Shown here: positions 1 through 10,904 of the stretch, in pieces | Layout of the letters: every line of letters begins with the position of its first letter | Numbering within the stretch: the first letter of the stretch is position 1 | NCBI GenBank assembly: GCA_963734495.1 | Contig: CAVTHK010000016.1 | Location: forward strand, 32,001 to 96,000 | Direction of reading: 5' to 3' | Length of the DNA: 64,000 nucleotides | Source: an uncultured Spirochaetota bacterium | GTDB lineage: Bacteria > Spirochaetota > Spirochaetia > SZUA-6 > CAVTHK01 | The notes under the pieces: model-generated | The model's input: only the letters and a program-made list of their open reading frames with translations | Databases searched by the model: none | What the model was told of the DNA's origin: nothing | Made by a program: the position numbers and the translations under genes

Positions 1-90
1 GGCCGGGCGGCCTTCAGTATGAGGTTCAGGGAGTACGGGCGGATGCCCTCGGCGGTCCAGAAAGAGCTTCTGGAGCCGAAAAATGGTTAA
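1..90 (+). CDS. fusA: elongation factor G, C-terminal fragment (partial)
   Basis: Frame 1 reads [29 protein letters not shown], matching the EF-G C-terminus; lies directly upstream of tuf. Confidence 0.8.
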   Translation, partial: GRAAFSMRFREYGRMPSAVQKELLEPKNG

Positions 91-185
91 GTTACAGCCC
101 AGGGGTGCTTTACCTTCCTGGTGCATTTGATGTAGACTGCGGCCTGCCCGCGTGACGGATGGGCGGGGCTGCCTAGGAGGAAAGG

Positions 186-1376
186 ATGGCCAAGGACAAG
201 TTCCAGAGGACGAAGCCGCACATCAACGTAGGTACGATCGGCCACATCGACCACGGCAAGACCACCCTCACTGCTGCCATCACGATGTACTGCGCGAAGA
301 AGTACGGCGACAAGGTGATGAAGTACGAGGACATCGACAATGCGCCCGAGGAAAAGGCGCGCGGCATCACCATCAACACGCGGCACGTCGAGTACCAGAG
401 CGAACAGCGGCACTACGCGCATGTCGACTGCCCCGGCCATGCCGACTATATCAAGAACATGATCACGGGCGCCGCGCAGATGGACGGTGCCATCCTCGTC
501 GTGTCGGCGCCGGACTCCGTCATGCCGCAGACGCGCGAGCACATCCTTCTCGCGCGGCAGGTGGGCGTTCCGAAGATCCTCGTCTACATGAACAAGGTGG
601 ACATGGTCGACGACCCCGAGCTGCTGGACCTTGTGGAAGAAGAGATCCGCGAAGTGCTCACCTACTACGGGTTCCCCGGCAAGGAGACGCCCATCATCCG
701 CGGCAGCGCCTTCGCGGCCATGACCAAGCCGGACGACGCCGCTTCCACCAAGAGCATCGAAGAGCTGCTCACCGCGATGGACACCTATTTCCCGCTGCCC
801 CAGCGCGATATCGACAAGCCCTTCCTGATGCCCATCGAGGACGTGTTCTCGATCTCGGGCCGCGGCACTGTCGTCACGGGCCGCATCGAGAGGGGCATCG
901 TCAAGGTCGGGGACGAAGTGGAGATCGTCGGCATCCGCGAGACGCGCAAGACGGTCGTCACCGGCGTGGAGATGTTCAACAAGATCCTCGACGAAGGGCG
1001 CGCCGGCGACAACGTCGGCACCCTGCTGCGCGGCGTCGACAAGGATGAAGTCGAGCGCGGGCAGGTCCTGGCCAAGCCCGGCAGCATCACGCCGCACAAG
1101 AAGTTCACGTGCCAGGTGCTCGCGCTGTCGACGGCCGAGGGCGGACGCCACTCGCCGTTCTTCCCCGGGTATCGGCCCCAGTTCTACTTCCGCACCACGG
1201 ATGTGACCGGGACCATCACCCTCAGTGAGGAACGCAAGATGGTCATGCCCGGCGACAACGCGGAGATGACGGTCGAGCTGATCAACTCCATAGCGATGGA
1301 GAAGGGGCTGCGCTTCGCCATCCGGGAGGGTGGCAAGACGGTGGCCGCCGGCGCCGTCCTGGAGATCATCGAGTAG
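186..1376 (+). CDS. tuf: elongation factor Tu
   Basis: [18 protein letters not shown] motifs; SD aggagg upstream. Confidence 0.99.
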   Translation: MAKDKFQRTKPHINVGTIGHIDHGKTTLTAAITMYCAKKYGDKVMKYEDIDNAPEEKARGITINTRHVEYQSEQRHYAHVDCPGHADYIKNMITGAAQMDGAILVVSAPDSVMPQTREHILLARQVGVPKILVYMNKVDMVDDPELLDLVEEEIREVLTYYGFPGKETPIIRGSAFAAMTKPDDAASTKSIEELLTAMDTYFPLPQRDIDKPFLMPIEDVFSISGRGTVVTGRIERGIVKVGDEVEIVGIRETRKTVVTGVEMFNKILDEGRAGDNVGTLLRGVDKDEVERGQVLAKPGSITPHKKFTCQVLALSTAEGGRHSPFFPGYRPQFYFRTTDVTGTITLSEERKMVMPGDNAEMTVELINSIAMEKGLRFAIREGGKTVAAGAVLEIIE

Positions 1377-1389
1377 GCTGTGAGAGCCT

Positions 1390-1419
1390 GCGGCAGTCGC
1401 AGCGACTGCCGCTTTTTTT
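1390..1419 (+). terminator. intrinsic terminator after tuf
   Basis: Inverted repeat gcggcagtcgc/gcgactgccgc followed by T7. Confidence 0.8.
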
Positions 1420-1530
1420 GGGCTGGGGACAGACCGCTCCGGCGCCGTCCGGTGGCGCAAGCGTCTGGCGGCCGTACGCCGGACGATGCGCCACATCGGG
1501 CGCAGAGCGGTTGTCCGGTCTGGAGGGACC

Positions 1531-1839
1531 ATGGCCAAGGACAGGATAAGGGTCCGCCTGCGGGGGTTCGACGTCGAGCTCATAGACCAGAGCTCGCGGT
1601 CCATCGTGCAGACGGTGCTCAAGGCCGGCAGCAAGGTGTCGGGACCGATCCCCCTTCCGACCCGGACCAACAAGTTCACGGTCCTGCGCTCGCCGCACGT
1701 GAACAAGAAGTCCCGGGAGCAGTTCGAGATGCGGACCCACAAGCGGCTCATCGACATCATCGAGCCGACCTCGGCAGTGATGGACGCGCTGATGAAGCTG
1801 GAGCTGCCGGCCGGAGTGGACGTCGAGATCAAGCAGTGA
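1531..1839 (+). CDS. rpsJ: 30S ribosomal protein S10 (uS10)
   Basis: [10 protein letters not shown]...[16 protein letters not shown] ggaggg places the start at 1531. Confidence 0.98.
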   Translation: MAKDRIRVRLRGFDVELIDQSSRSIVQTVLKAGSKVSGPIPLPTRTNKFTVLRSPHVNKKSREQFEMRTHKRLIDIIEPTSAVMDALMKLELPAGVDVEIKQ

Positions 1840-1846
1840 GGACCAG

Positions 1847-2467
1847 ATGAGAGCCCTGATTGGCACGAAGATCGGGATGACCCAGGTTTTTGACGAGGCT
1901 GGCAACGTCGTGCCCGTCACGGCGATCAAGGTCGAGCCGAATCTCGTGATCGGACAGAGGGTCGCGGACAAGAACGGCTACGACGCCGTGGTCCTCGGGG
2001 CGATGGCGGCCAAGAAGACCCGCGTGAGCAAGCCCAAGGCCGGCCAGTTCCCCGAGGGCGCCGAGCTCAAGCGTGTCGTGCGCGAGGTGCGGGACTTCGA
2101 CGGCGAGGTCAAGGTCGGCGGCGCGATCGGGCTGGAGCTCTTCGAGGGAGTCGCGTTCGTGGACGTCCAGGCCGTGTCCAAGGGCAAGGGTTTCCAGGGC
2201 GTCGTCAAGCGCCACGGGATGAAAGGCGGACCGGGGGCGCACGGCACGAAGTTCGGCCGGGAGGCGGGTTCGACGGGCATGCGTTCCACCCCCGGCAAGA
2301 CATTCAAGGGCATACGGAACGCGGGTCGGATGGGCAACGAGACCGTGACGATGCAGAACCTGCCGCTGGTGCGTCTCGACGCGGAGAAGCAGCTTCTGCT
2401 CGTCAAGGGCAGCGTCCCGGGGCCGCGCAACGCCGTGGTCCTGGTTCGCGAGGCGATCAAGAAGTAG
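1847..2467 (+). CDS. rplC: 50S ribosomal protein L3
   Basis: [23 protein letters not shown]; operon order. Confidence 0.98.
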   Translation: MRALIGTKIGMTQVFDEAGNVVPVTAIKVEPNLVIGQRVADKNGYDAVVLGAMAAKKTRVSKPKAGQFPEGAELKRVVREVRDFDGEVKVGGAIGLELFEGVAFVDVQAVSKGKGFQGVVKRHGMKGGPGAHGTKFGREAGSTGMRSTPGKTFKGIRNAGRMGNETVTMQNLPLVRLDAEKQLLLVKGSVPGPRNAVVLVREAIKK

Positions 2468-2479
2468 CGGAGCGCGTTG

Positions 2480-3106
2480 ATGGAAGGTCGGGTTTATTCA
2501 ATCGAGGGGAAAGAGGTCCGCACGGTGCCTCTGAGCGACGAGGTCTTCGGCCGCGAGGTCAGCGAGGGCGCGATCTACTACGCCGTGAACAACGAGCTGG
2601 CGAACCTCAGGGTGGGGACTGCGAAGGTCAAGACCCGGGGCGAGGTCAAGGGAACGAGCAAGAAGCCCTGGCGGCAGAAGGGCACGGGCCGCGCGCGCGC
2701 GGGCCGGAGGCGCTCGCCCGTGTGGGTCGGCGGCGGCAAGATCTTCGGTCCGACGCCGCGGGACTACCATTTCGCGGTTCCGCGCAAGGCGAAGCGCGTC
2801 GCGATCCGGAGCATCCTCAGCCTGGCCTGCCGCGAGAACCGGATCAAGATCGTCGAGGATTTCGACATCGACTCGGGAAAGACCAAGGAGCTCGCGAAGA
2901 TACTGGGGAACCTCACTGATCGGCAGAACACGGTCATGATCCTGGACGCGGAGAACGCCGCCAGGATCAGGCGGGCGGGCGGGAACATCCCGTGGCTCAC
3001 GATGCTCGCGTACAACCGTCTGAGGGCGGTCGACATGTTCTACGGCCGCAACGTGTTGATCCTCGAGGGCGCGGCGCGCAAGCTCGATGAGTTCTACAGG
3101 CAGTAG
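2480..3106 (+). CDS. rplD: 50S ribosomal protein L4
   Basis: KKPWRQKGTGRARAG motif. Confidence 0.98.
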   Translation: MEGRVYSIEGKEVRTVPLSDEVFGREVSEGAIYYAVNNELANLRVGTAKVKTRGEVKGTSKKPWRQKGTGRARAGRRRSPVWVGGGKIFGPTPRDYHFAVPRKAKRVAIRSILSLACRENRIKIVEDFDIDSGKTKELAKILGNLTDRQNTVMILDAENAARIRRAGGNIPWLTMLAYNRLRAVDMFYGRNVLILEGAARKLDEFYRQ

Positions 3107-3122
3107 CCGGGGGGCGGCACGA

Positions 3123-3401
3123 ATGGACGAGATCATCATCGAGCCGGTGCTCACGGAAAAGTCGAACATCATGCGGGAGTCGAACAAGTACGCCTTCAAG
3201 GTGGCCACCCGCGCGAACAAGATGCAGGTCATGGACGCGGTGCGGCGGCTGTTCGAGGTGCACCCTCTCACCTGCCGCATCATGACGGTCAAGCGCAAGC
3301 CCAAGAGGGTGCGCTACCGCAAGGGCTACACGGCGTCGTGGAAAAAGGCCGTGGTCACCCTCCCCGCCGGCGAGAAGATCTCGCTGTTCGAAGGAGCATG
3401 A
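3123..3401 (+). CDS. rplW: 50S ribosomal protein L23
   Basis: [10 protein letters not shown]...WKKAVVTL; start placed at MDEII. Confidence 0.95.
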   Translation: MDEIIIEPVLTEKSNIMRESNKYAFKVATRANKMQVMDAVRRLFEVHPLTCRIMTVKRKPKRVRYRKGYTASWKKAVVTLPAGEKISLFEGA

Positions 3402-3405
3402 GGTC

Positions 3406-4231
3406 ATGGGCATAAAGACGTACAGGCCCAACACGCCCGGTCTCCGCCAGAAGACGACGCTGACCTTCGAGGAGATCACCAGGACCAGGCCGGAGAAGTC
3501 CCTGACGAAGGGCCTGCCGTCCAGGGCGGGCCGCGGCGCCGGCGGTCGGGTCAGCGCGTGGCACCGGGGCGGGCAGCACAAGAGGCTCTACCGCGAGATC
3601 GACTTCCGCAGGGACAAGACGGGCATTCCCGGGAAAGTCGTCGCGATCGAGTACGACCCGAACCGCAGCGCGAATATCGCCCTCGTGCAGTACGCCGACG
3701 GCGAAAAGCGCTACATCCTCGCGCCCAAGGGGCTCGAGGTCGGGCGGAAAGTGGCCTCCGGCCCGGGTTCGCCGCTCGAAGTGGGCAACACGCTCCCTCT
3801 CGAGGGCATCCCGCTCGGCATGGAAGTGCACAACGTCGAGCTGCAGTTCGGTCGCGGCGGCCAGATGGTCCGCGCGGCGGGCGGCGAGCGCGACGGTGGT
3901 CGCCAAGGAAGGCGACTACGTGACGCTGCGGCTGCCTTCGGGGGAGATGCGCATGGTCTTCCACCGGTGCAGCGCGACCGTCGGTGTGGTGGGCAACGAG
4001 GACCACATGAACGTGTCGCTGGGCAAGGCGGGCCGCTCGAGATGGCTCGGCCGCCGGCCTCATGTCCGCGGCGTGGCGATGAACCCGCATGACCACCCGC
4101 ACGGAGGCGGCGAGGGCAAGACTTCCGGCGGACGTCACCCGGTGACGCCGTGGGGCGTGCCGACCAAGGGGCACAAGACGCGCAACAAGCGCAAGCCTTC
4201 GGGCAAGTTCATCGTGAAGCGGCGGAAATAG
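3406..4231 (+). CDS. rplB: 50S ribosomal protein L2 (+1 frameshift near 3884, probably an assembly error)
   Basis: N-half [12 protein letters not shown] is in ORF 3406; C-half [17 protein letters not shown] is in ORF 3896..4231; removing one G restores [14 protein letters not shown]. Confidence 0.95.
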
Positions 4232-4240
4232 GAGCAGGCG

Positions 4241-4522
4241 GTGTCCAGGTCTATCAAGAAGGGGCCCTTCATCGAGAAGAGCCTGTACAAGAAGGTGCTC
4301 GACGCGAGCAAGGCAGCCGATCGCCGGATGATCAAGACCTACTCGCGATGCTCGACAATCATCCCGGAGATGGTGGGTCTTACGCTGTCGGTGTACAACG
4401 GGCGGACCTGGATGCCCGTGTACGTAACGGAGAACCTGGTCGGGCACAAGCTCGGCGAGTTCGCTCCGACCCGGATCTTCCGGGGCCATGCGGGCTCGGA
4501 CCGCAAGGCCGTCAAGGCGTAG
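4241..4522 (+). CDS. rpsS: 30S ribosomal protein S19
   Basis: [21 protein letters not shown]. Confidence 0.98.
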   Translation: MSRSIKKGPFIEKSLYKKVLDASKAADRRMIKTYSRCSTIIPEMVGLTLSVYNGRTWMPVYVTENLVGHKLGEFAPTRIFRGHAGSDRKAVKA

Positions 4523-4588
4523 GACGTGGAGGTCCAGGTCCGCGCGCGCACGAGACGTACGGACGCGCGGGTCTGAAAGGGGAAGGCC

Positions 4589-4984
4589 ATGGCCATGACT
4601 CACAAGAAGGGCTACTTCGCGCGGGCGCGCTTCCTCCTCTCGGCTCCCTCGAAGGTCCGCCGCATCGCGAACGAGGTGCGCAGGAAGCCGTACCCGGAGG
4701 CGATCGCGTTCCTGGAGAGCCTGCCCCACAAGGGGGCCCGGCTGCTGCGCAAGGTCGTCGTGTCCGCAGCCGCGAACGCGCTGTTCGTGAACAAGAACCT
4801 CGACGAGGGCGCGCTCTACATCAAGGAGCTGCTCGTCGACGAGGGGCCCAGGCTGAAGCGCATGTGGCCGCGCGGCCGCGGGCGCGCGGACAGGATCCAG
4901 AGGCGAATGAGCCACATCAGCGTCGTCGTCGAAGAGATCGCCGGCGCGGGCGGGCGAGGAGCGAGCGGTGGGACAGAAGGTTAA
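4589..4984 (+). CDS. rplV: 50S ribosomal protein L22
   Basis: [22 protein letters not shown] motifs. Confidence 0.97.
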   Translation: MAMTHKKGYFARARFLLSAPSKVRRIANEVRRKPYPEAIAFLESLPHKGARLLRKVVVSAAANALFVNKNLDEGALYIKELLVDEGPRLKRMWPRGRGRADRIQRRMSHISVVVEEIAGAGGRGASGGTEG

Positions 4985-5750
4985 CCCTTACGGCCTGCGG
5001 CTGGGCATCAATACCAGCTGGAAGAGCAAATGGTTCGTCGATCCGCGTGAGTACGCGGAGACCCTTCACCAGGATCTGGCGCTGAGGCGGCTCATCTCGA
5101 CGAGCCCCGACACGCGCAGCGGCGAGGTCGCCGACGTGGAGATCATCCGCCACCCCCAGCGGGTGACGGTGGTCATCCACACGGCGCGCCCCGGGGCGAT
5201 CATCGGCGTCAAGGGCGCGAACATCGAGAAGCTCGGCGCCGTGATGCAGAAGATGATCGGCAAGAAGATCCAGATCAAGATCAAAGAGGTCAAGAGGCCG
5301 GAGACGGACGCCCAGCTCATCGCCGAAGGCGTTGCGCGGCAGCTGCGCTCGCGCGCCTCCTACCGGCGGGCGCTGCGCATGGCGATGCAGAACGCCATGA
5401 AGGCCGGCGTGCAGGGGATCAAGATCAAGATCTCCGGCCGGTTGGGCGGCGCGGAGATGTCGCGCAAATACGAGGCGAAGGAAGGCCGGGTGCCGCTGCA
5501 CACCTTCCGGGCGCAGATCGACTACGGGTTCGGCGAGGCGTTTACGACCTTCGGAGCGATCGGCGTCAAGGTCTGGGTGTTCCAGGGCGAGGTCTTCGGC
5601 AGGGAGAAGAAAGAGGACGCGGGGCTGCTCGTGCGCAAGAGCCGCGACGGGCGCGAATCCCGCGACGGCCGCGAAGGACGCGAGGGCCGCGACCCCCGTG
5701 ACACCCGCGATGCCCGCGAGGGCCGCGAGCGAAGCCCGGCGAGGAGCTGA
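4968..5750 (+). CDS. rpsC: 30S ribosomal protein S3
   Basis: [24 protein letters not shown]. Confidence 0.98.
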   Translation: MGQKVNPYGLRLGINTSWKSKWFVDPREYAETLHQDLALRRLISTSPDTRSGEVADVEIIRHPQRVTVVIHTARPGAIIGVKGANIEKLGAVMQKMIGKKIQIKIKEVKRPETDAQLIAEGVARQLRSRASYRRALRMAMQNAMKAGVQGIKIKISGRLGGAEMSRKYEAKEGRVPLHTFRAQIDYGFGEAFTTFGAIGVKVWVFQGEVFGREKKEDAGLLVRKSRDGRESRDGREGREGRDPRDTRDAREGRERSPARS

Positions 5751-5755
5751 CCGTC

Positions 5756-6178
5756 ATGCTGAGCCCCAAGCGAACCAAGTTCCGCAAACAGCAGCGACGC
5801 ACGGGCGCGCTCAAGAGCATCGCTACGCGCGGGAACACGATCTCCTTTGGCGACTACGGCCTGATCTCGCTCCAGGGCAAGTGGATCACCAACCGCCAGA
5901 TCGAGGCGGGAAGAATCGCCCTGACCCGCCACATCAAGCGCGGCGGGAAGGTCTGGATCCGCGTGTTCCCGGACAAGCCCTTCACGAAGAAGCCGGCAGA
6001 GACCCGCATGGGAAAGGGCAAGGGCGCGGTGGAGTACTGGGTGGCCGTGGTCAAGCCGGGATCGGTGCTGTACGAGATTTCGGGCGTGACCCGCGAGCTC
6101 GCAGAGCAGGCGATGACGCTTGCGGGAAGCAAGCTGAACATCAGGACAAAGTTCGTAGGACGCCGCGAGCTGGAGTGA
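5756..6178 (+). CDS. rplP: 50S ribosomal protein L16
   Basis: [12 protein letters not shown]. Confidence 0.98.
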   Translation: MLSPKRTKFRKQQRRTGALKSIATRGNTISFGDYGLISLQGKWITNRQIEAGRIALTRHIKRGGKVWIRVFPDKPFTKKPAETRMGKGKGAVEYWVAVVKPGSVLYEISGVTRELAEQAMTLAGSKLNIRTKFVGRRELE

Positions 6179-6182
6179 CGCG

Positions 6183-6383
6183 ATGAGGGATTCGTACAAG
6201 GATCTGAGCCTCCCCGAGCTCATCAAGAGGCGGGAGGACGTGACCAAAGAGTACCGTGACCATCGGTTCAACGTGGTTCTCGGACACGTGGACAATCCTC
6301 TCAAGGCGAGGACGCTGCGCCGACAGCTGGCCCGGCTCGTGACGATCATCCACGAGTACGAGACCGGCATCCGCAAGGGTTAG
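6183..6383 (+). CDS. rpmC: 50S ribosomal protein L29
   Basis: 66 aa, RRQLARLVT motif, position between rplP and rpsQ. Confidence 0.95.
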   Translation: MRDSYKDLSLPELIKRREDVTKEYRDHRFNVVLGHVDNPLKARTLRRQLARLVTIIHEYETGIRKG

Positions 6384-6394
6384 GAGCACGGGAC

Positions 6395-6661
6395 GTGGAA
6401 GGCACCAAGACCAAACCGACCAAGAGGGTCCTGACCGGCCAGGTGGTCAGCGACAAGATGGACAAGACCATCGTCGTGGCCGTCCGGCGGAGGAAGCTCC
6501 ACCGTCTATACAAGAAGTTCGTGAACATGACCAAGACGGTCAAGGCGCACGACCAGGGCAACGAGTGCAAGATCGGCGACACGGTCCGCGTGATCGAATG
6601 CCGGCCGCTCTCCAAGGACAAGCGATGGAGACTGCTGGAGATCGTGGCGAGGGCCAGGTAG
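6395..6661 (+). CDS. rpsQ: 30S ribosomal protein S17
   Basis: [23 protein letters not shown]. Confidence 0.98.
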   Translation: MEGTKTKPTKRVLTGQVVSDKMDKTIVVAVRRRKLHRLYKKFVNMTKTVKAHDQGNECKIGDTVRVIECRPLSKDKRWRLLEIVARAR

Positions 6662-6677
6662 GCCCGGGAGCGCGAAC

Positions 6678-7046
6678 ATGATACGCACGTACACCAGCCT
6701 GATAGTGGCTGACAACAGCGGCGCCAAGCGGGCGATGTGCATCCGTGTGCTCGGCGGCACGCGCCGCACCTACGCCCATCTCGGGGACGTGATCGTCGTC
6801 GCGATCAAGGACGCCATTCCGAACGCCCCCGTCAAGAAGGGCACCGTGGAGCGCGCGGTGGTGGTGCGCACGAAGAAGGAGTACCGCAGGTCGGACGGCA
6901 GCTACATCCGCTTCGACGACAACGCCTGCGTGATCATCGACCCTCAGCAGAACCCCAAGGGCAAGCGCATCTTCGGGCCGGTGGCCCGCGAGCTGCGGGA
7001 GAAGGATTACATGAAGATCGTCTCGCTCGCGCCCGAGGTCGTGTAG
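6678..7046 (+). CDS. rplN: 50S ribosomal protein L14
   Basis: [19 protein letters not shown]. Confidence 0.98.
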   Translation: MIRTYTSLIVADNSGAKRAMCIRVLGGTRRTYAHLGDVIVVAIKDAIPNAPVKKGTVERAVVVRTKKEYRRSDGSYIRFDDNACVIIDPQQNPKGKRIFGPVARELREKDYMKIVSLAPEVV

Positions 7047-7055
7047 GAGCTCACG

Positions 7056-7370
7056 TTGATGAAGACGAAGCTGAAGAAGAACGACCAGGTGATGGTCATC
7101 ACCGGACGTGAAAAAGGAAAGCAGGGCAAGATCCTGCGCATCGACCACGGCAAGGGCCGCCTCCTGATCGAGGGCGTGAACCTGGTCAAGAAGGCCATGA
7201 AGAAGACGCAGAAGCGGCCCCAGGGCGGGATCGCCGAGGTCGAAGCGGGAATCGCGATTTCCAACGTGATGCTGGTCGACAAGAAAGGGACTCGCACGCG
7301 CCTCGGGTTCCGCGTCGAAGGGGACAAGAAGGTGCGGGTCAGCAGGAAGACCAAGGAAGAGATCGCATGA
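7056..7370 (+). CDS. rplX: 50S ribosomal protein L24
   Basis: KOW motif [19 protein letters not shown]. Confidence 0.97.
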   Translation: MMKTKLKKNDQVMVITGREKGKQGKILRIDHGKGRLLIEGVNLVKKAMKKTQKRPQGGIAEVEAGIAISNVMLVDKKGTRTRLGFRVEGDKKVRVSRKTKEEIA

Positions 7371-7924
7371 AGAACGGCGAGAATGCACCGAGGCTGAAGA
7401 AGCTCTATCGCGAGAAGATCGCCCCGGAGTTGCGAGAGGAGTTCCACTACAAGTCGCCGATGCAGATCCCGCGCCTCGAGAAGATCGTCCTCAACGCGGG
7501 CGTGGGCGAGGCGCTCGTCAACAAGAAGCTGCTCGACGCGACGGTGGACGAGATGACGACGATCGCGGGGCAGAAGGCGGTCAAGACCAAGGCGCGCAAG
7601 TCGATCGCCAACTTCAAGATCCGCACCGGCAACGAGATCGGCGCGATGGTGACCCTCAGGGGCGACCGCATGTACGAGTTCCTGGACAGGCTCGTCAGCG
7701 TCGCCCTGCCGCGGGTCAAGGACTTCCGCGGCATCAATGCCAACGCCTTCGACGGCCGCGGCAACTACTCGCTGGGGATCACGGAGCAGATCATCTTTCC
7801 AGAGATCGACTACGACAAGATCGAGCGGATCGCGGGCATGAACATCGCGATCGTCACCACCGCGAAGACGGATGAGGAAGCGCGGAGCCTGCTCGCCAGG
7901 CTCGGCATGCCGTTCAGGAAGTGA
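7367..7924 (+). CDS. rplE: 50S ribosomal protein L5
   Basis: [20 protein letters not shown]. Confidence 0.98.
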   Translation: MKNGENAPRLKKLYREKIAPELREEFHYKSPMQIPRLEKIVLNAGVGEALVNKKLLDATVDEMTTIAGQKAVKTKARKSIANFKIRTGNEIGAMVTLRGDRMYEFLDRLVSVALPRVKDFRGINANAFDGRGNYSLGITEQIIFPEIDYDKIERIAGMNIAIVTTAKTDEEARSLLARLGMPFRK

Positions 7925-7937
7925 TGTAGAGGAGCCT

Positions 7938-8123
7938 ATGGCCAGAAAAGCGATGATCCTGAAGGCCCTGAAGAAGCCCAAGTACAGCACGCGCAAGGTG
8001 CGGCGTTGCCGCATCTGCGGGCGCTCGCGGGGCTACATGGGCAAGTTTCAGATGTGCCGCATCTGCTTCCGCAATCTGGCGAGCCGCGGCATGATCCCCG
8101 GCGTCACGAAATCGAGCTGGTAG
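7938..8123 (+). CDS. rpsN: 30S ribosomal protein S14, zinc-binding type (61 aa)
   Basis: RCRICGR...MCRICFR...[10 protein letters not shown] gaggag before ATG 7938. Confidence 0.97.
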   Translation: MARKAMILKALKKPKYSTRKVRRCRICGRSRGYMGKFQMCRICFRNLASRGMIPGVTKSSW

Positions 8124-8132
8124 GAGGGCGCG

Positions 8133-8531
8133 ATGAGCGTGAGCGATCCGGTCGCCGACATGCTGACGAAGATCCGCAATGCCAGTGCGGCCAAGTTCGA
8201 GAAGGTGGATGTTCCCACGTCGCGGCTCAAGCTGGAGATCACCAAGATCCTGAAGAACGAGGGCTACATCAAGAACTTCAAGAAGGTCACCCAGGACGGC
8301 AAGACGCTTCTGCGGATCTTCCTGAAGTACGACGATGGCGAGCGGCCGATCATCAGGGGCCTGCAGAGGATGTCGACGCCGGGGCGGCGCCTCTACTGCG
8401 GGCACTCCGCGCTGCCGCGCGTCTACAACGGTTACGGCACACTCATTGTATCGACCTCGTCGGGAGTGATCACCGGCAAGAAGGCCACGGAAAAGAAGAT
8501 CGGCGGCGAGCTGGTCTGCAGCGTCTGGTGA
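8133..8531 (+). CDS. rpsH: 30S ribosomal protein S8
   Basis: [21 protein letters not shown]. Confidence 0.98.
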   Translation: MSVSDPVADMLTKIRNASAAKFEKVDVPTSRLKLEITKILKNEGYIKNFKKVTQDGKTLLRIFLKYDDGERPIIRGLQRMSTPGRRLYCGHSALPRVYNGYGTLIVSTSSGVITGKKATEKKIGGELVCSVW

Positions 8532-8544
8532 GGGCGGGAGCGTT

Positions 8545-9084
8545 ATGTCGAGAATCGGCAAGTTGCCGGTGAAGGTTCCCCCGGGGGTCAAGGTGGCCGT
8601 TTCGGGGCGGAGCATCACCATCGAGGGCCCGAAAGGGAAGCTGACGCAGGAGGTCGCCCCCGAGATCGGCATCGCGGCGGAGGGCGGCCGGATCACGCTG
8701 TCGCGCTCGGGTGACGAGAGGCGGACGCGGCAGCTGCACGGCCTGGCCCGCAGCCTCGTGCAGAACATGGTCACGGGCGTGTCCCAGGGGTTCACGAGGG
8801 CGCTGGTGATCAACGGTGTGGGCTACCGCGCGGAGGTGCAGGCAAAGAACCTCGTGCTGACCCTCGGCTACTCCAACCCGATCGAGTACCCGATCCCCGA
8901 GGGCATCAAGATCGAGGTCGAGGCGAACACCCGCATCAGGGTGAGCGGCGCCGACCGAAGGATCGTGGGGCAGGTCGGAGCCGAGATTCGCAAGTTCAGG
9001 CCGCCCGAGCCGTACAAGGGCAAGGGCATCAAGTACGAGGACGAGGTCCTCATCCGCAAGGTCGGAAAAACGGGCGTAGGCTGA
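8545..9084 (+). CDS. rplF: 50S ribosomal protein L6
   Basis: MSRIGK, RPPEPYKGKGIKY. Confidence 0.98.
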   Translation: MSRIGKLPVKVPPGVKVAVSGRSITIEGPKGKLTQEVAPEIGIAAEGGRITLSRSGDERRTRQLHGLARSLVQNMVTGVSQGFTRALVINGVGYRAEVQAKNLVLTLGYSNPIEYPIPEGIKIEVEANTRIRVSGADRRIVGQVGAEIRKFRPPEPYKGKGIKYEDEVLIRKVGKTGVG

Positions 9085-9095
9085 GGATCGGAAAC

Positions 9096-9455
9096 ATGTC
9101 GAGACTGGAAGACAAGTACAGGCGGCGGCTGCGGCGCAAGTTCAGCATCCGCAAACGCATCCGGGGCACGGCCGAGAGGCCGAGGCTTACGATCTACAAG
9201 AGCAATCGCTACACCTATCTCCAGGCGATCGACGACTCGAGCGGGCTCACCGTGGCGTCGGCTTCGAACCGGGAGAAGGATCTTGCGGCGGTGCGCAACA
9301 CCGTCGCCGAGATCGCCAGGCTGGGCGAGGCGTTCGGCAAGCGGCTGGCGGAAAAGCAGATCAAGCGGGCCGTATTCGACCGCAACGGCTATCTCTACCA
9401 CGGGAAGGTGAAGGCCGTGGCCGACGCCATCCGCAAGGCAGGCGTCGAGTTCTAG
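9096..9455 (+). CDS. rplR: 50S ribosomal protein L18
   Basis: [15 protein letters not shown]. Confidence 0.98.
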   Translation: MSRLEDKYRRRLRRKFSIRKRIRGTAERPRLTIYKSNRYTYLQAIDDSSGLTVASASNREKDLAAVRNTVAEIARLGEAFGKRLAEKQIKRAVFDRNGYLYHGKVKAVADAIRKAGVEF

Positions 9456-9554
9456 ACCGGCCGCGGTCCGCCGCGGCCGGACGGGACGCGGCGGCGCGGA
9501 CAACGGCCGCGGACCCATGCGCAGCATGGACCGGCAGACATCGAGGGGGAACGA

Positions 9555-10046
9555 GTGGACCGGGAACGAAGCGATCTGGTGGAGAAGCTGGTCAAGCTCA
9601 ACCGCGTGGCCAAGGTCGTCAAGGGCGGCCGGCGTTTCTCCTTTTCCGCGCTGGTGGTCGTGGGCGACATGAAGGGCAGCGTCGGCGTCGGCTTCGGCAA
9701 GGCGAACGACGTCTCCGAGGCGATCCGCAAGAGCCTGGAGAAGGCGAAGCGGAGCATGATCCACGTCCCCTTGAAGAAGGGCACGATTCCGCACCCGATC
9801 ACGGGTGCCTACAAGAGCTCCCGGGTGTATCTTAGGCCTGCGGCTCCCGGGACCGGCGTCATCGCCGGCGGCGCCGTCCGCGCGGTCATGGCCGCCTGCG
9901 GTACGACCGACGTGCTCAGCAAATCCATGGGCTCGCGCAACGCGATAAACGTGGTCAAGGCTGTCATGAACGGGCTCGAGAGCCTGATGGACGCGCGCGG
10001 GGTGGCCTCGGGCCGCGGCAAGAGCGTCGACGAGATGTGGGGCTGA
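9555..10046 (+). CDS. rpsE: 30S ribosomal protein S5
   Basis: [22 protein letters not shown]. Confidence 0.98.
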   Translation: MDRERSDLVEKLVKLNRVAKVVKGGRRFSFSALVVVGDMKGSVGVGFGKANDVSEAIRKSLEKAKRSMIHVPLKKGTIPHPITGAYKSSRVYLRPAAPGTGVIAGGAVRAVMAACGTTDVLSKSMGSRNAINVVKAVMNGLESLMDARGVASGRGKSVDEMWG

Positions 10047-10047
10047 G

Positions 10048-10230
10048 ATGAAGAAGCTCAAGATCACCCTCAGGAAGAGCCCGAGCGGCAGCATCCCCAA
10101 GCACCGCCGGACGATCGTGGCCCTGGGGCTGCACCGGATCAGGGCAGTCACGGAGAAGAATGCGACGCCCGAGATCCTCGGCATGCTGCGCACCGTGGCT
10201 CATCTGGTCGAGGTCGAGGAGATCAACTGA
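10048..10230 (+). CDS. rpmD: 50S ribosomal protein L30
   Basis: 60 aa, ALGLHRI, position in the spc operon. Confidence 0.96.
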   Translation: MKKLKITLRKSPSGSIPKHRRTIVALGLHRIRAVTEKNATPEILGMLRTVAHLVEVEEIN

Positions 10231-10901
10231 TGGATTCCCCGGTCCTGAAGGCGCCGGCCGGCGCCACGAAGAAACGCAAGATCATCGGCCGCGGCTCGAG
10301 CTCGGGCCACGGCGGAACGAGCACCAAGGGGAGCAAGGGGCAGAATGCTCGCGCGGGCGGCGGCGTGCGGCTGGGCTTCGAAGGCGGCCAGATGCCGCTG
10401 TTCCGGCGGATAGCGCGGCGCGGCTTCTCCAACGCGAAGTTCAAGGTCGTCTACAGGATCGTGAACCTCGGGCAGCTCGGCGGACGCTACTCCAAAGGCG
10501 ACGTCGTCAGCGAGGCGAGCCTCGAGGAGAAGGGCGTGATCAAGGGCACGGGCCCGGTCAAGATCCTCGGCGTGGGCGATGCGCCGGAGGGGCTGAGGTT
10601 CGAGGTGGACGCGATCTCGCAGTCCGCGCGCGAGAAAGTCGAGAAGGCAGGCGGGGCGATTGCAGGTGCCGCCGCGGTCGTCAAGCCGCCGAGGGCTGAG
10701 CGAGGGCGGAAGGCCGTGCAAGGGCGCGAGGCCGAGAAAGCGGCAAAGGCGGCGAAAGCGGCCGAGGCCGAGAAGGCGCCGAAGGCTGCGAAAGCGCCCA
10801 AGGCGGAGAAGGCGCCGAAGGCTGCGAAAGCGCCCAAGGCGGAACAGGGCAAGGGCGGCGCGACCGAGGAAAGGCCGCGCAAGCCGAAGTCGGGGGACTA
10901 G
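10230..10901 (+). CDS. rplO: 50S ribosomal protein L15 with Lys/Ala/Pro-rich C-terminal extension
   Basis: [12 protein letters not shown] core; about 75 extra C-terminal residues. Confidence 0.97.
   Translation: MDSPVLKAPAGATKKRKIIGRGSSSGHGGTSTKGSKGQNARAGGGVRLGFEGGQMPLFRRIARRGFSNAKFKVVYRIVNLGQLGGRYSKGDVVSEASLEEKGVIKGTGPVKILGVGDAPEGLRFEVDAISQSAREKVEKAGGAIAGAAAVVKPPRAERGRKAVQGREAEKAAKAAKAAEAEKAPKAAKAPKAEKAPKAAKAPKAEQGKGGATEERPRKPKSGD
10770..10841 (+). repeat. perfect 36-bp tandem repeat x2 ([12 protein letters not shown]) within rplO
   Basis: gagaaggcgccgaaggctgcgaaagcgcccaaggcg at 10770-10805 and 10806-10841. Confidence 0.95.
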
Positions 10902-10904
10902 CCG

